Origin: the human T2T-CHM13v2.0 reference genome, Homo sapiens
DNA length: 64,000 nt
Strand: one strand, 5' to 3'
NCBI RefSeq assembly: GCF_009914755.1
Contig: NC_060926.1
Each line of letters starts with the position of its first letter. The first letter of the stretch is position 1. Below the pieces are notes generated by a model. The model had not been told where the DNA came from. It searched no databases and saw nothing but the letters and a program-made list of their open reading frames with translations. This document shows, piece by piece, positions 25,300 to 45,438 of this stretch. The translations under genes were made by a program, and so were the position numbers.

Positions 25300-25708
25300 C
25301 TTAAAAAATTAAGGTTAATTCACATACTGTAACATTTACCCTTTATAAGTGTACAATCATTCAATGTGTTTTTCATATATTCACAATGTTGTGCAACCAT
25401 CACCACTAGTTCATTCCAGAACATCTTTCATCACACCCCACAAAACCACATACCTAACAGTCGCTCTCCATTATCCTCTCTCCCCAGCCCCTGATAACCC
25501 CTAATATGGTTTCTGTCTCTAGGATGTGTTTATTCAGGATGTTTCATGTATAGAGAACCATACAATATGTGTCCTTTGGTGTCTGACTTCTTCCACTTAG
25601 CATAATGTTTTCAAGGTTTATCCATGTTGTAGCACGTAGCAGCACCTCATTCCTTTTTATGACTGAATAATATTTCATTGTATGGATACAGCACATTTTG
25701 TTTATTTT
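25300..25708 (-). mobile_element. L1MB 3' end inserted in a MIR (MIR parts ~25230-25295 and ~25715-25805)
   Basis: tgtgcaaccatcaccacta...tccagaacat...cttagcataatgttttcaagg. MIR core resumes cctatgaggtagg...aaactgag. Confidence 0.8.
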
Positions 25709-26349
25709 AGGTAAACTTTACAACTATCCTATGAGGTAGGTACAATTATAATCTCCACAGGTAAACTGAGCCATAAAGAGGTTAAAAGGCACTTTAGGTC
25801 ACATTTTAGAAATGACTTTCCAAACACAATCATTTCGTATTTGTTTTTCAGTTTAAGTTGCTTTTTGTCCATTCCAAGCAGGTGATAGGCCAGCCTTGTA
25901 ACCATGATGTGGTTACACACAGGTACATCACAGCAGGTTTTCCCTCAGGCTGTGTGCAGGAGCACTCCCCAGTCTCCACTTCAAGACTCCACAATCTCCT
26001 CCAGGAGGCTTCCCTGACCCATCCTAATCCCTCAGCCCTAGAGTGGCCTCCTCAACCTCCATGGTTTTACAGCATGACCTGGGATCACAGCATGGCAGGG
26101 GAAGTTGATGAAGAGAAGCAGCATTTTCTAATGGGCACGGTGTGTCTATTCAAGTGTTCTGCTTCAATCGGAGCTGCAGGAGTTACAGGTTTTCCTTCCC
26201 CAACAGGAATTTCAAGGACCAAGTGGTTTATAGAAAATAAAAGAAAAAGAATGAAAGAACAGACTAAACATTACAGCAGTAAATAAACGGTTTTTGTTTA
26301 AATCAAAAAAGTTCTATTTCATGTCAACCTCTTACTGCTTCATTCTATC

Positions 26350-26624
26350 TTTTTTTTTGAGACAGAGTCTCACTCTGTCACCCAGGCTGGAGTGCAGTGG
26401 CATGATCTTGGCTCACTGCAACTTTTGCCTCCTGGGTTTAAGCGATTCTCCCTACTTTAGCCTCCCGAGTAGCTGAGATTACAGGCACCTGCCACCATGC
26501 CTGGCTAATTTTTGTATTTTTAGTAGAGACAGGGTTTCACCCTGTTGGCCAGGCTGGTCTCGAACTCCTGACCTCAGGTGATCCACCTGCCTCGGCCTCC
26601 CAAAGTGCTGGGATTACAGGCGTG
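26350..26624 (-). mobile_element. AluSx-like, slightly 5' truncated
   Basis: cctgacctcaggtgatcc; TSD tctatctt. Confidence 0.95.
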
Positions 26625-26689
26625 CTTGAGTCTATCTTCACGATAATCAAAGATTGACTGGTTGCCCGTTGCGGAACCGGCATAAGAAG

Positions 26690-27060
26690 GCACGATTCCT
26701 GCCTTCAAGGAGCTTACACTCAGAGTGGGGAGCTAGACAATACATAGGAAAAGTCACTGGCTATAGCAGGCACTGGATACCCTATTACACACCAGCATCG
26801 ATAGTGGATGGGCTAGAGGAGTCCAAGGAAGGGAGAACCATCGTGTGTTGGAGGAGGCTGAGAATCCTCCTTCTATTAGAAGGAGACAAGATGAGACTGG
26901 GAGGGGTTGAGACTTTGAAGGTAGACTGGAACTTAGGAAAACATTCAGATGAGGATAGAGGTGGAGGAAACAGCCCAAGGAAAGGCACTGGGGTAGGTAT
27001 GAACTGGGTGTGGTGGAGAAAGATGAGTAAACTTATCTGGCTAGAGTTGAAAGGATCTTG
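26690..27060 (-). mobile_element. L2
   Basis: tcctgccttcaaggagcttaca...ggaaacagcccaaggaaaggcactggg. Confidence 0.6.
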
Positions 27061-27634
27061 GGAGGAGACTAATGAGGGAAGTGGAGATGAAGCCATGGCA
27101 GAACAAAGAATGTGAATTTTATTTGGTAAGGAAACAAATATCAGACCAGGGGAACTTTGGCAAGGTCAACCTGAGCGTGGTACAATCTGCTGCCAAAACA
27201 TGAAGTGTCAAGAAACTGGGAAAATATTTCAACTTGCTACTCCTTGAGAAATAATGGTAGAGATATGGCCCTTGAACCCAGTGGGGAGGGCATGCTTGGG
27301 GTGGTATGATCACAGAGCAAAATGCAGATAGCAAGCAAGCTGCTATGAGGAGTCGACCTAATGTGGACTAGCGCAATGAGGGAAACCAAGGGAGAATTCT
27401 GAATGTGTCCAGGACTGTTGGACTTAACCACTTTGAATTGCCCAGTTAGGTTGCTAAGTAGGGGATGTGGGTTGAGGGACAGAGAATGGGTTGAGAGACA
27501 ATGAGCTAGTGTCTAGGGTGGACTATAGCTACATATGAACTCAATAAATATGTCAATAATGAGGACTAAAGTCTATTCTGAAGGTCTAGTTTTAAAATGT
27601 ATGTGAGAAGTTTTCATTCTACGATAACTGTCAT

Positions 27635-27815
27635 TGATTGGACTCTTGTGTGCAGGGTACATTATGTATATTGGCTTCCATGTTCATGATTTTATCCATA
27701 AGAAAACTGCTCAGGGAGGTTGAGCAACTTGCCCAATGTCAATTAGCTAGCAAATGGCCAGACAAGGACTCAGTCCTTGTGTCGCTGACACTGAAGCCCA
27801 CACTCCACTCAGCTA
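27635..27815 (-). mobile_element. MIR
   Basis: gaaaactgctcagggaggttgagcaacttgccca. Confidence 0.7.
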
Positions 27816-29359
27816 CGTTGCGTCCCTATGAGTTTTCAGACATTGTGTTGACAAGAGGCATCTGTGTGTATTTTTATCCCAAATATCCTGACTTTTGATT
27901 TCTTAACCCATGTGTGAGGAATACGTCATAGTCCTGGTTATTTTTCCTTACTCTGGCCTAAAATGTAGGTGCCAAACACAAGGCTAGATTAAAAATTTGG
28001 AAGAATTGGTACCTTTTTTCAGGGTTTTAAACAAGAGTTTCAATCAATGCTGTTTATATCCATGAATGTGATGCCACAATTCCATGGTTGAATTTTTCTG
28101 CAGTTGTCCAGCTATCTAGTGCTAGTATTTATCTTGATATTTAAGAAGTCAATTTCCTTATAGGAAAGTTTGTATCATTTAAAGCAGAAATCCATTGCTA
28201 TTTTATAGCCTTTGATGCTTTTTTTACCCTGGCATCTTAGTTCACAATATTCATTGGGAGAGTAAAAATATGCATGCGCATGTGCATATGTGCATGTGTG
28301 TGCACACACATACACTCAGCCTTTGTTATTGAAAAAGAACAAGCACAGAGATGAAGTGGAAAGTAGTCTGGCACAGGACAGTCTTGCCTGTCTGGTGAGG
28401 TCTGTACACAGGCTGTGCTGCAGGGGTGGGGTACGCAGAGGGGAGAGGTCTGCTCCCCTGACCTTTCCACCAGGGATTCTGGCACCAACACTTACATTCC
28501 AAGCATCCTCTCCGAGGGCACTGCTTGGGGTATGAGGCTGCTCACATCAGGCCAAGAAATTTCACCCATATGTTTCTGATTCATTTATGCTCATAAAAAT
28601 GAGATTTTTAAGAGCAATGTGACATGCAATAAGCTTTCTAGGCCGTCTCTCAAGCTCTGTCTCTGCTCCCAGGAGTGGACAAATTTGTTTTTCCAAGAGA
28701 AAATGAATTCAGACTGCAGTATCCTCAACCCCAGAGGCAGAACCGGCAGCGAGGTACTCACAGATGGTCCTCTGCCAGTGTGAGGTGACTCCCAACAATA
28801 TACCATCAGGCTGAAATTGTGCCTGTGGTCTGGAGGGAGCACTGGTTCAATAACTTGATGATCATGATGGCTTTTTTTTCCTTGCTATTTATTTTTATTT
28901 ACTCTATTTCTCATCATGTCATTTCCTCTCATTACCCTAGGAGCATTGATTCCTCAGCTCTGCTCACTGCTGTAAATACTCCATAGCCACGATTCTATTC
29001 TTGCTTTTTCAGTTTGGCTGATCTTGAGCCAATCCATTTATTTCTTTTGTTTTTTGTTTTTATTAACTGAGATATAAAACCTGAAAGTTGCCTGAAAGTA
29101 GTGGAGTTCTGTTTCATTCTCAAGTCTTTATTGTCTTCTAGGCCATTTGGCTTAAGAACTGTGTGTCTTGGCCTTCAATGACTTTACCTGGCTCTGCCAT
29201 CAGACCATACCCAGTCTGTTGTTCTTGTGGTTTTTGTTTTACTGGCCAGCCCGGTTTGGTTTTACGCTTTGCTGCTCCTGGATTCAGCAGGTAAGATCTG
29301 CTTCTGTTATAGCATCATTTCCAGGTGATAGAAAATAATTCAGTGATGCTGCTCCATCT

Positions 29360-29510
29360 TAGATAGGAGCTTTGGAGCCCTAGTGATAGGCCAATTAATT
29401 TTGACTCTACCACTTCCTGCTTGTACAGTGTTGGGCCTGGTTTCCTCTTCTGTATAGTGAATACTATAAAATCCATCTCACAGAGTTGCTGTCAGGATTT
29501 AATGAGGTCA
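29360..29510 (+). mobile_element. MIR
   Basis: gctttggagc...ctctaccacttcct...tttcctcttctgta...cacagagttgctg. Confidence 0.7.
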
Positions 29511-29587
29511 TGTCATTATTTGCTCCTGTATCCACATGGCCTACCACAGTGTCAGGCGTATAGGAGGGACCATTTCATGTTGGTTAT

Positions 29588-30005
29588 TGTCAGTAACCTT
29601 CAGCCAAAGGCCCCCAGGAACAAACCTGTAGTTAGGCAAGTTGGAGGCATTATTTATGGTGCTGGAGAGAACCCCTACACTGGGAAACTGCGGGGCTTCT
29701 CCGTAACAGGGTATTCAAAAGCTTGGTACAGGACTTGGGCTTTAGTTAAGTGATTTGGAGGAGACTCTAAGGAAATGGTTTGATGCTGTCAGAAAGTGGG
29801 GATAATTTTAAAATTGGGTATCTTATTAGTTCTTAGACACAATTATGAAGTGTGTCTTACTTTGTCTCATTTTATCATGGTCTCCCAGTGCCCTTGTCTG
29901 AGGGTGGCATTCTGTAAATTGTTTATGTCCAGTAGGACAATCACACAGTTTAGTTGTGAACACCAGATTGACTTCTAAATGTGAGGTGCTTCTCTTTCTG
30001 TTTCT
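29588..30005. mobile_element. MER76/MER77-like LTR
   Basis: gttaggcaagttgg...ggagagaacc...aggacttgggcttt...gtgatttggaggag...gatgctgtcagaaag...ttgggtatctta. Subfamily from memory. Confidence 0.55.
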
Positions 30006-31966
30006 GCCTGGTTTCTCTTTTTCCCTCTCTCTGTCAGAGGGAAAGCAGGCTGGCCAGCTGGTCAGTATGTCTGTAAGGAAGGTGAGTTAGGGGAGGCGAG
30101 GCCCACATGTTCTGCTGTTACATCAAATGGCCCTTATGGAATCAAGTCTATGAGAAAGTGACTCATTTGATTGGGGAGCAATTTGGATAGAGCATGGAAA
30201 GGAAGTAAAGGCATTGGGAAGGGGGCAGAATGTTTTCTGAGTTCTTGTCCTGGCTAAGTGGGGACATACAGAGGTGCAGCATGCCACAGTCTGCTGAGCA
30301 TGGAGTGATCTGGCGGCTGGCGGAAAAGCAAGCATGGTGTGTGCATGGTGGATCTCAGAGGAGTGGAGAAGCCCAGCACAAATGTGAAAACAAGAACAGG
30401 CTACCAGAGGAACACCAGACCTGATGAGATGAAGTGACAGGCTTCAGGTGTTGGAACTCGGACAAGCATTGTAAAGCACAAGAGTGGAGAGGCAAGGACT
30501 TTATGAGACGTGATTGTCCTGATTACTTATGGGATGAAACTCTAGAAGATGCTGATCAGTTTGGACAAAGATAGCATATTAAGAAACCATGGGAATAGGG
30601 AATAATGCTTGCCTGCAAGTTGTAAAGGTGAGAAGTGACCAGATTATTTATACTCTTAAATGCAGTCACCCTGTCCCCTACTTCCCCCACAACATATTTG
30701 TTTGTTAGGGTTAATGCCTTATGATGATTAGCTTCTAGATGGCTATACTGATGTTTTTGAAAGATTGCTGTTGCCTAGAAATCTTTCCCACTCTAGATCA
30801 CAAAGGTGACTTCCCTTCATCTTTAGCAAGTCTCAGAGTTTTCTAGCAATCCTATCATGTTTGTGAAGGATGCATCTAGCTGTTCTCCACATGCTTCGTA
30901 ATTTATCGTCTTGCTGGTGTGTCTGCAATTGTCATATTTTTCCTTAGTCAAAGTCAATGCCAGAAGCTACTCTTTTCTTGGCCCAACAGTGGCTGGTGCT
31001 AACCCTTCCTGCTCTGGGAAGAGAAGACAATAAGTTTGCAACTGCTGGCTCTGACAGTCAATGACCCAGTGTCTATCTTCATTCCACCACAGGTTCTCTA
31101 GGCTCTTTTCTAGATTCTTTGTCATGTTTATGACAAATCAGCTATATTAATTTTTCTACTTCTTATTACTAGACAACCTGGAATTTTATTTGCCTAATTC
31201 TTCAGGTCCCTTTTTTCCCCCTATATATTTCTTATTTACATTGAGAAAATTGGCTCCTGATCCCAAATCCTTGGGTTGTAGTGACCACCAGCTCTAGGCC
31301 CAATCTCATCCCTGACTCAGTTCTATAGCTTCCCTAGTTCAGCTCCTGCTTCCCTTCCTTGATTCCCTTACACCCACCAATACCCACTTTTGTTTGTGGG
31401 GCCTGCCATTGAAAGTGAGGGAAGTGGAGAGATTATGTTCAGTGGAGTCCAGATTCTGGACTATAGAATCAAACTGATAAATAACAAGGAAGGCATTGAT
31501 GGCGAGATTTGGTGAGGGAACCTGTCCTGGTTCTCAATTATGTTGTACTGATACAGTGGTGCCAGAGTGGGACTCCATATTGGATGTGGCCTTTGGCCAG
31601 AAATAGGCCATCCAGGTGTGTTTGAGAATGGTGGGCAGCTATCCCTCCCTTCCTCCTAGCTCCAGCCCAGCTTCCTATTGTGTATCTACCCAGTTGCTCT
31701 GATCATGTTCTACTGTGGCATATCTGTTCTTCCCTAGATAAATTTCCTGCTCCCTAGAGCTCTAGGGAATATATTTCTTACTTGGCCTTTAAATATGAGT
31801 GCCATGGCCCTATTTGGTGTGTAGTCTGCAGAGCTGTGGAGTAATTTCAACCTCTTGAACTCTACCTACCATCTGCCCTTCAAGCTCTTCAGCTAGGTCC
31901 CACTTTCTTTTTTTTTTTTTTTTAATTTTATCTTAAAATATTTTAATGTAAAATGTATCATATAAA

Positions 31967-32085
31967 AATGTACTCAAACAAATTTACAAGAAAAAAACAA
32001 CCCCATCAAAAAGTGGGTGAAGTACATGAACAGACACTTCTCAAAAGAAGACATTTATGCAGCCAAAAAACACATGAAAAAATGC
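31967..32085 (+). mobile_element. Young L1PA ORF2 internal fragment (~120 bp)
   Basis: actcaaacaaatttacaagaaaaaaacaaccccatcaaaaagtggg...gacatttatgcagccaaaaaacacatgaaaaaatgc, near-identical to recent L1PA ORF2. Confidence 0.92.
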
Positions 32086-32429
32086 CTACTTTTATACTCT
32101 AATTCAATTACCCCAAATAACCAGTTCCTGGCTGTGCCTTGAACTTCATTTATTATATCCTCTTTTATTTTTTCCCCCATCTCCTCCAGATTTCTAACTT
32201 CCCAAATGCCCCTTTACCTTTGGCATAATATATTGTCTTTTATTTCACAAGGAAAAAAGGGAAGCCAGTGAGTGAAATATTTGTTTTCCGGCTTTCACAC
32301 TGCACAAATGTTCTTGCATCCATACTCTTCTCCTACTCGCTCCGCTTTTCTGCAATCAAAATGCAAGAAGTGTCTGTTTTCCTTTTTAAGGATAATTTTT
32401 CCCCACCCCAATGACCCTTTTTCATTTTT

Positions 32430-32620
32430 TTCCTAAAATTATCTACTTGTCTTAGCACCATTTATTAAATGTATTTATTCTTTTTCTACTGGTTTAAAAT
32501 GTTACTTTATCACATTGAAAATTTCTTACATTTATAAATTCTAGACTATTTTGTTCTATGCCTCCATTTGTCAGTTCTTGTGCCAGTGCTATTGTGTTTT
32601 AAGTACCATAGCTTAATATT
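32430..32620 (-). mobile_element. Old L1M fragment
   Basis: ttgtcttagcaccatttatt...cttgtgccagt...tgttttaagtaccatagctt. Confidence 0.6.
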
Positions 32621-32649
32621 GCATTTATACTTAATGTAAGTTATTATTA

Positions 32650-33830
<1,181 letters not shown>

Positions 33831-35469
33831 TTCCTGTCTCTGGGCTACTCTTTATTAGCTTTATAAATATACACAAGTTTTTCTGAAACTTCTTTTTTCA
33901 TCTGTACCATGCGAATGATAATACTTGCCCTTCCTATTTTGTAACAAAGATGAAATGTCATCAAATATGTAAAATATGGAGTGTTTAATGAAGTAAGGGA
34001 AGAATCTGCTGTTCATGACACATCTGTTGATGAATGGGTTGCTTCTGTCACTCTGTTTCCCTGTTCAATACCCCCAGATGGGGAAGGGAAGCAGAGCGGT
34101 AGGGGAGACACCTTCTAGCTCCTTGAATTTGAGGGGATGCTGTCTCACAATCTGGGACCAGTATGCTTAGTGCTGACTTTCTTCTCCTTAAGTGTCTTTA
34201 TTGCATCCATCCATTCATCCATCTGTGGAAGAACCACTTCAAATAAGCTCTTCTCAGCATATACTACCCCCCTGAGGAGAGTATGTTCTGTGAAGTGAAG
34301 GAAATAAATACAGATTTTTCTAGAAAGAGAGAAAAAGGGAGGAGTTTAACTTTTATTCAGATATTACTTCAGCAGCTGTCTACATGACTGGGAAAATTCC
34401 CCTCACATCTCTCGACGGATTCTCCATTGTCAAAAGCCCCCTTCTTGCTGGCTGACAGAGACTGGTTTTTATGCCATCAGTATCTGATGTTGAATGCAGA
34501 AGGAGGTGACACTGAGATCTCTTACTCCACATTCATCTCTTCATTATTTCTGACATAGATATTATAATTTTGTCACAGATTTAATAGAGGATAATGGTAA
34601 TACAATTCTAAAGCATTAGGTGTGATCTGGGGTGACTATAGTCTAAACTTTTAATATAAAAGAGATATTCTGTATGTGAAGGTAAATGAGCTTGAACACA
34701 GTCTCACACAATGGCCATCACAAAGGCATTGCCTTCACAATAGGGAGTGAGAAATGAACTTTTCATTACTGGTATGATTGACATCTTTTTGTGTCCATTC
34801 ACGGCTGCAAAAATCCAAGTGTCGTAGGAAAGAACATGAAGAATTTTTCCAACAGCTGTGATGGAGACTTTAAAGCACACAGTTTTAGAAGCTTGAAGTC
34901 AATTGTTTCCAAAAATGCAGAGCAAAATGAAATAATTTTGCACCTTGCTGTTAGTCAAGATGTTTCCTTCCAAGGCATTTTTTTTTCCACCCAGTGGTAT
35001 CTAAATGATATATATCTTTCCAATAGCCACAGGTGGTAGTTGTCTGTTCCAAGGATTTCTCTGTAAGTATTTCCAGCAGGCCCCCATGGAGATAAAGAAA
35101 CCAGAGAGAATCACTGAAGTTGCCCAGCCCTTCAGCTCCCAGCCACTCTAGTGTCTTAGAACTAACTTATCTTTCCTTTTTTCTTTGTTTTGTTTCTCAT
35201 TATATTTCATGTGGGTTTTACATCTGGGCTTCTGCTGTTTCCCAATATCCCCAAGGATTAGAAATTTAAGTTTGACTTTCTGCTAGTCTCTAACTTGATA
35301 CTTAGTCTTTTAAGTTGATTTTTTCAAAATCAGTCTCCCTGACCATAGTTAAATGAGACACGGTACCTTCTTTTCCCTGCTGTGTTTCTAGGGGCCCCTG
35401 ACAGGTGAGTCTGGAGCATTTTCCAGGCTCTACTTGTCCTGCTAGGGCGATCAGGTGATAGGTCATGAG

Positions 35470-35600
35470 GACAGAATGATGAGACCCATTATCTGGATGA
35501 GAAACTGGGGCTTAGAAAGGTCTTGTGAGTGGACAAAGGTCACACACATCCATGGCAGAATGAGGACAATACCTGTCCATCTAATTCCTTGAGTCATCAC
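35470..35600 (-). mobile_element. MIR
   Basis: cccatt...gatgagaaactggggcttagaaagg...aaggtcacaca. Confidence 0.65.
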
Positions 35601-36336
35601 TCTGATTCATGGGAGACCAGGAAAAAGAATTGGAATGGTGATAGTAGTCTACATTTTTCATAACCAAAATGTTTTAGAACACATCATAAAGAATTTAGGC
35701 AGGGGAGGATAGTTTCCCATAACTTTGGCTGGAAGAATTTCTTCCTTTAAAAGTGTGTTTCTTGAGTTTCTCCTTACTTTAACAAAGGTAAAATATTAAA
35801 ACTTGGCAGGAAAATGTATTGCTATAGAAATAAAAAGAAAGGAAAAAATACACTTGCAAAAGTCTCTTGGAATATTTCAAAATCTTGAAATATAATAATA
35901 TATTCTTGCAAAACCATGAGCTCTTTAGCAGGTTGATAATGGACTAACTTTCTATGTTTACAAGAAAAATGAGGACTGTTCTACTTTGTAAATCAGTGTT
36001 TCTAAGGATGTTGGTGAGTTTGGTTTGTCTTTCTCCAAAGATAATGAACTCAAATGGGAAGTCATGAGAAGAATTAAATTATAACATAACACTGAACAGG
36101 TGAATCCAAGCTGCGTAAACACATTTTATCCATTTTATCTTAGTAACTGACCTAATACGTTGGTCACTTGAGGCATGTTGCTAATAAAATATTGGGGAGG
36201 GAAAGAAGTAAAGAGATTTAGGTTCAAAAGAGCATAAGCAGAAAGAGTAAAGACTGCGTAGAGGGGGAAGAAGAGTTGTTGCTGGTTACACAGCATTGCC
36301 AATATTGTTGTAATGATTACCCTATATTGAACTCTA

Positions 36337-36476
36337 ACTGGTCCCCAACCTATGAGAGTTCAACTTACAATCTTTTAACTTTATGATGGTGCAAAAATGG
36401 ATCACATTCTGTATGCCTCTCAACTTATGACATATGGTCACATTGGAAAAACCCACTGTAAGTTGAAACTATTGTA
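36337..36476. mobile_element. MER47/Tigger5-derived fragment
   Basis: tggtccccaacc...caacttacaat...actttatgatggtgcaaa...aaacccactgtaagttgaaa. Confidence 0.65.
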
Positions 36477-36624
36477 CAATATTTGGCATCTGTAATGCCA
36501 AGTGATTTACATACATTATTTTTGTTTTATTTTTGCAATAATACTGCAATGTTACCATTATTATTTCCATATTGCAGGCAATGAAAAAGAGTTAGAGTAA
36601 TTTGCTTAAAGTTATAAAGTTACC

Positions 36625-37209
36625 ATGGTAGGGAGCTTCTGACATGCCTCTCAATGATCTCCTCTCCAGATGGTTCAGACCATCTGCTCCAGTATGGGCT
36701 GGACTAGTGGCTTGCTTCCAAGGAATATAATATGGTACAAGCAAAGGGATATCACTTTCACAATTAGATTATAAAAGATTGATTTCTCTCCTCATTCTGT
36801 CTCTTTCTGGTACTTCCTCTTGCCTTCTGATTTTCTCACTCTGATGAAGCCAGCTGCTATGTTGTGAGATGCCCTATGGAGTAGCCTATGTGGCAAGTAA
36901 CCAAAGGAGATCACCAGCTAACAGCTCATGAGAGACGGAGGCCTCTGTCCAACACCCTGCAATGAACTGAATCTATCCAACAACCACAGAAATAAACTTG
37001 CAAGTGGGTTTCCCAGGTGAGTCTTCAGCTGAGATCACAGCCCCAGTCAACATTTTGATGGAAGCCTGTAAGAGACCCTGGGACAGAAGCATCCAGCTAA
37101 GCCATGCCAGTTTCCTGAGACCTATAAGAAACTGAGATAATAAATGTGTGCTATTTTAAAATGCTATGTTTTGAGGTATTTTATTACACAGTAAAGGATA
37201 ACTAATGCA
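36625..37209 (+). mobile_element. MLT1E/F-like LTR inserted in a MIR
   Basis: ctgatgaagccagctgctatgttgtgag...gagaccctgggacagaag...ataactaatgca. MIR halves at ~36480-36620 and ~37225-37285. Confidence 0.82.
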
Positions 37210-37299
37210 GTTAGAATTTGGGTAAGCTAGAATTTGAACTTAAAACTTATGTGACCCTAAACCCATCTTCTTTCTATGCTACCTTCTTTCTATGCCATT

Positions 37300-37540
37300 C
37301 TGAACATTTATCAAACATTTTTTATGTGCTGGCTGTCATGATAGGCACTGGGGATGCAAAGACACAGTTCTCTTGGAGCAAGGAATCTTTATGAGGAGGT
37401 AGCATTTGAAATGACTACTTCAAATGTCTTGCCTCAAATGAAGAATGGAACCATGTCTCAAGTAGGTGGAAGATTGTGAGCATGGGTAGAGGAGATGTAA
37501 TATACTTGGCCTATAATGAATAGAGTAGCTGGGCCAGAGG
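37300..37540 (-). mobile_element. L2
   Basis: aacatttatcaaac...taggcactggggatgcaaaga...gaggaggtagcatttga. Confidence 0.6.
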
Positions 37541-37904
37541 GAAGGTTCTCATCTGTGGCTTATAAAAAAGGGCTCCAATGCAAACCTCATGTACCTTCAA
37601 GATATAGCTAAAAAATGCCAATTTTCTTATGTACATTTATACTAGCATTCTTTTTAATAAAAGTAATGTTATTATATGAAAGATTCTGAAAGATAATATC
37701 TCAAGATCTCTGTGAATTAATATGAATTGATTTCCATGGTATATTCTTAAGTGAGTAAAGCAATGTGCAGAATAGTAGTACACCAGCTATTAAATAAGAA
37801 ACATTGAAAAGATAAACTGGGATGTAGCCCCCTCTAAGAAAAATGCTTATCTTTGGAGCAAGATAGAGGGTAAGAGTGGTGAGGAGAGAGATAAGCATTG
37901 TTGT

Positions 37905-43932
<6,028 letters not shown>

Positions 43933-44299
43933 TCCTATATATAGTTTTGACATTTGAACTTTGTAAATGTCTTATTGTAATGAAAGAAAAGCAAACTTTA
44001 AAGCCAAAAATAAATAGGAACGAATTAATCAAATTGTATATAAAATTAAAGAGAAGAATTAACTTCAAGTGACTGTTGAACACAATTCTCTAACTGAGCT
44101 TGCATATTCTAAGAACAAGTAGAATTGACTCTACTTAGTATTTTTATATTAGAAGCAACACTGGTATTATAATTTTGAAAACTATTTAATTTTCATATGA
44201 GGTAAAGCAAATAAATTATGCCAATATTATCAGGAACCACGATTTTACGTAGAAAAGAAATCTGTATGATAAGATGTGCTTGACTCATATATTACATAA

Positions 44300-44395
44300 T
44301 TGACCCTAAACCTGGAATTGAACATTTCTCCAAGCAGCTCTGGTTCCTCTTAGTGGGAAGTGGTATTTAAAAACCACAATCTGGGTACTAGAGAA
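44300..44395 (-). mobile_element. L1MC/MD 3' UTR fragment
   Basis: cctggaattgaacatttctccaagcagctctggttcctcttagtggg...atctgggtactag. Confidence 0.65.
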
Positions 44396-45063
44396 TACCG
44401 AAAAAAAAAAAAGTTCGCATTTATGTCTTTTTATTGCCCAAGTTTCTGGAGGCAGCTGCTTTGGTTTAGTTTTACCTCCAGCTGGAAATGTGAGTAGTAG
44501 GGGATGAGTTTAGAGGGGTTGAGTACTGTCAGATGGTAGAAGGCATGAAATGTCTATTATAAATCTGGAAGTTAGCTGATCAGTGAAAGAGAACAATTAA
44601 AGGTTAGTGGGACTAAGGTGCTTGCTATTGACAGCAACAAAGAATAATGTTTAGTCTGATGCATATTATGTACTTAAGTTATGTCATCTGAATCTAACAC
44701 TGGAGTTCATAATTTCTTATCTGCCAATGTTTTATAACCTACTTATACAATGAGTACAAAGCCTTTATATAACTTTGCAAATTATGGTGGTATTTCTTGC
44801 TATTCCATTGTACCTACTTGAGGTCCTGGTCTTGGCTCAGCAGGATTTTAATTTTATTTTGCTACCAAATTAATACAATTTCAGTTAAATATGTATTGAA
44901 CGTTAGATATGTGGGTAACAGCTATGCTAGGCAACCTGACTCTTGCGCTAATCCATAATGTCTCCAAATTTGTTTCTTAGGAAGTATACTTGTTTTGTTG
45001 TCACTCCCTATTTTATAAATTATAAAAATAATACATCTAGGAAAAAGAATAATTGAAATACTA

Positions 45064-45438
<375 letters not shown>

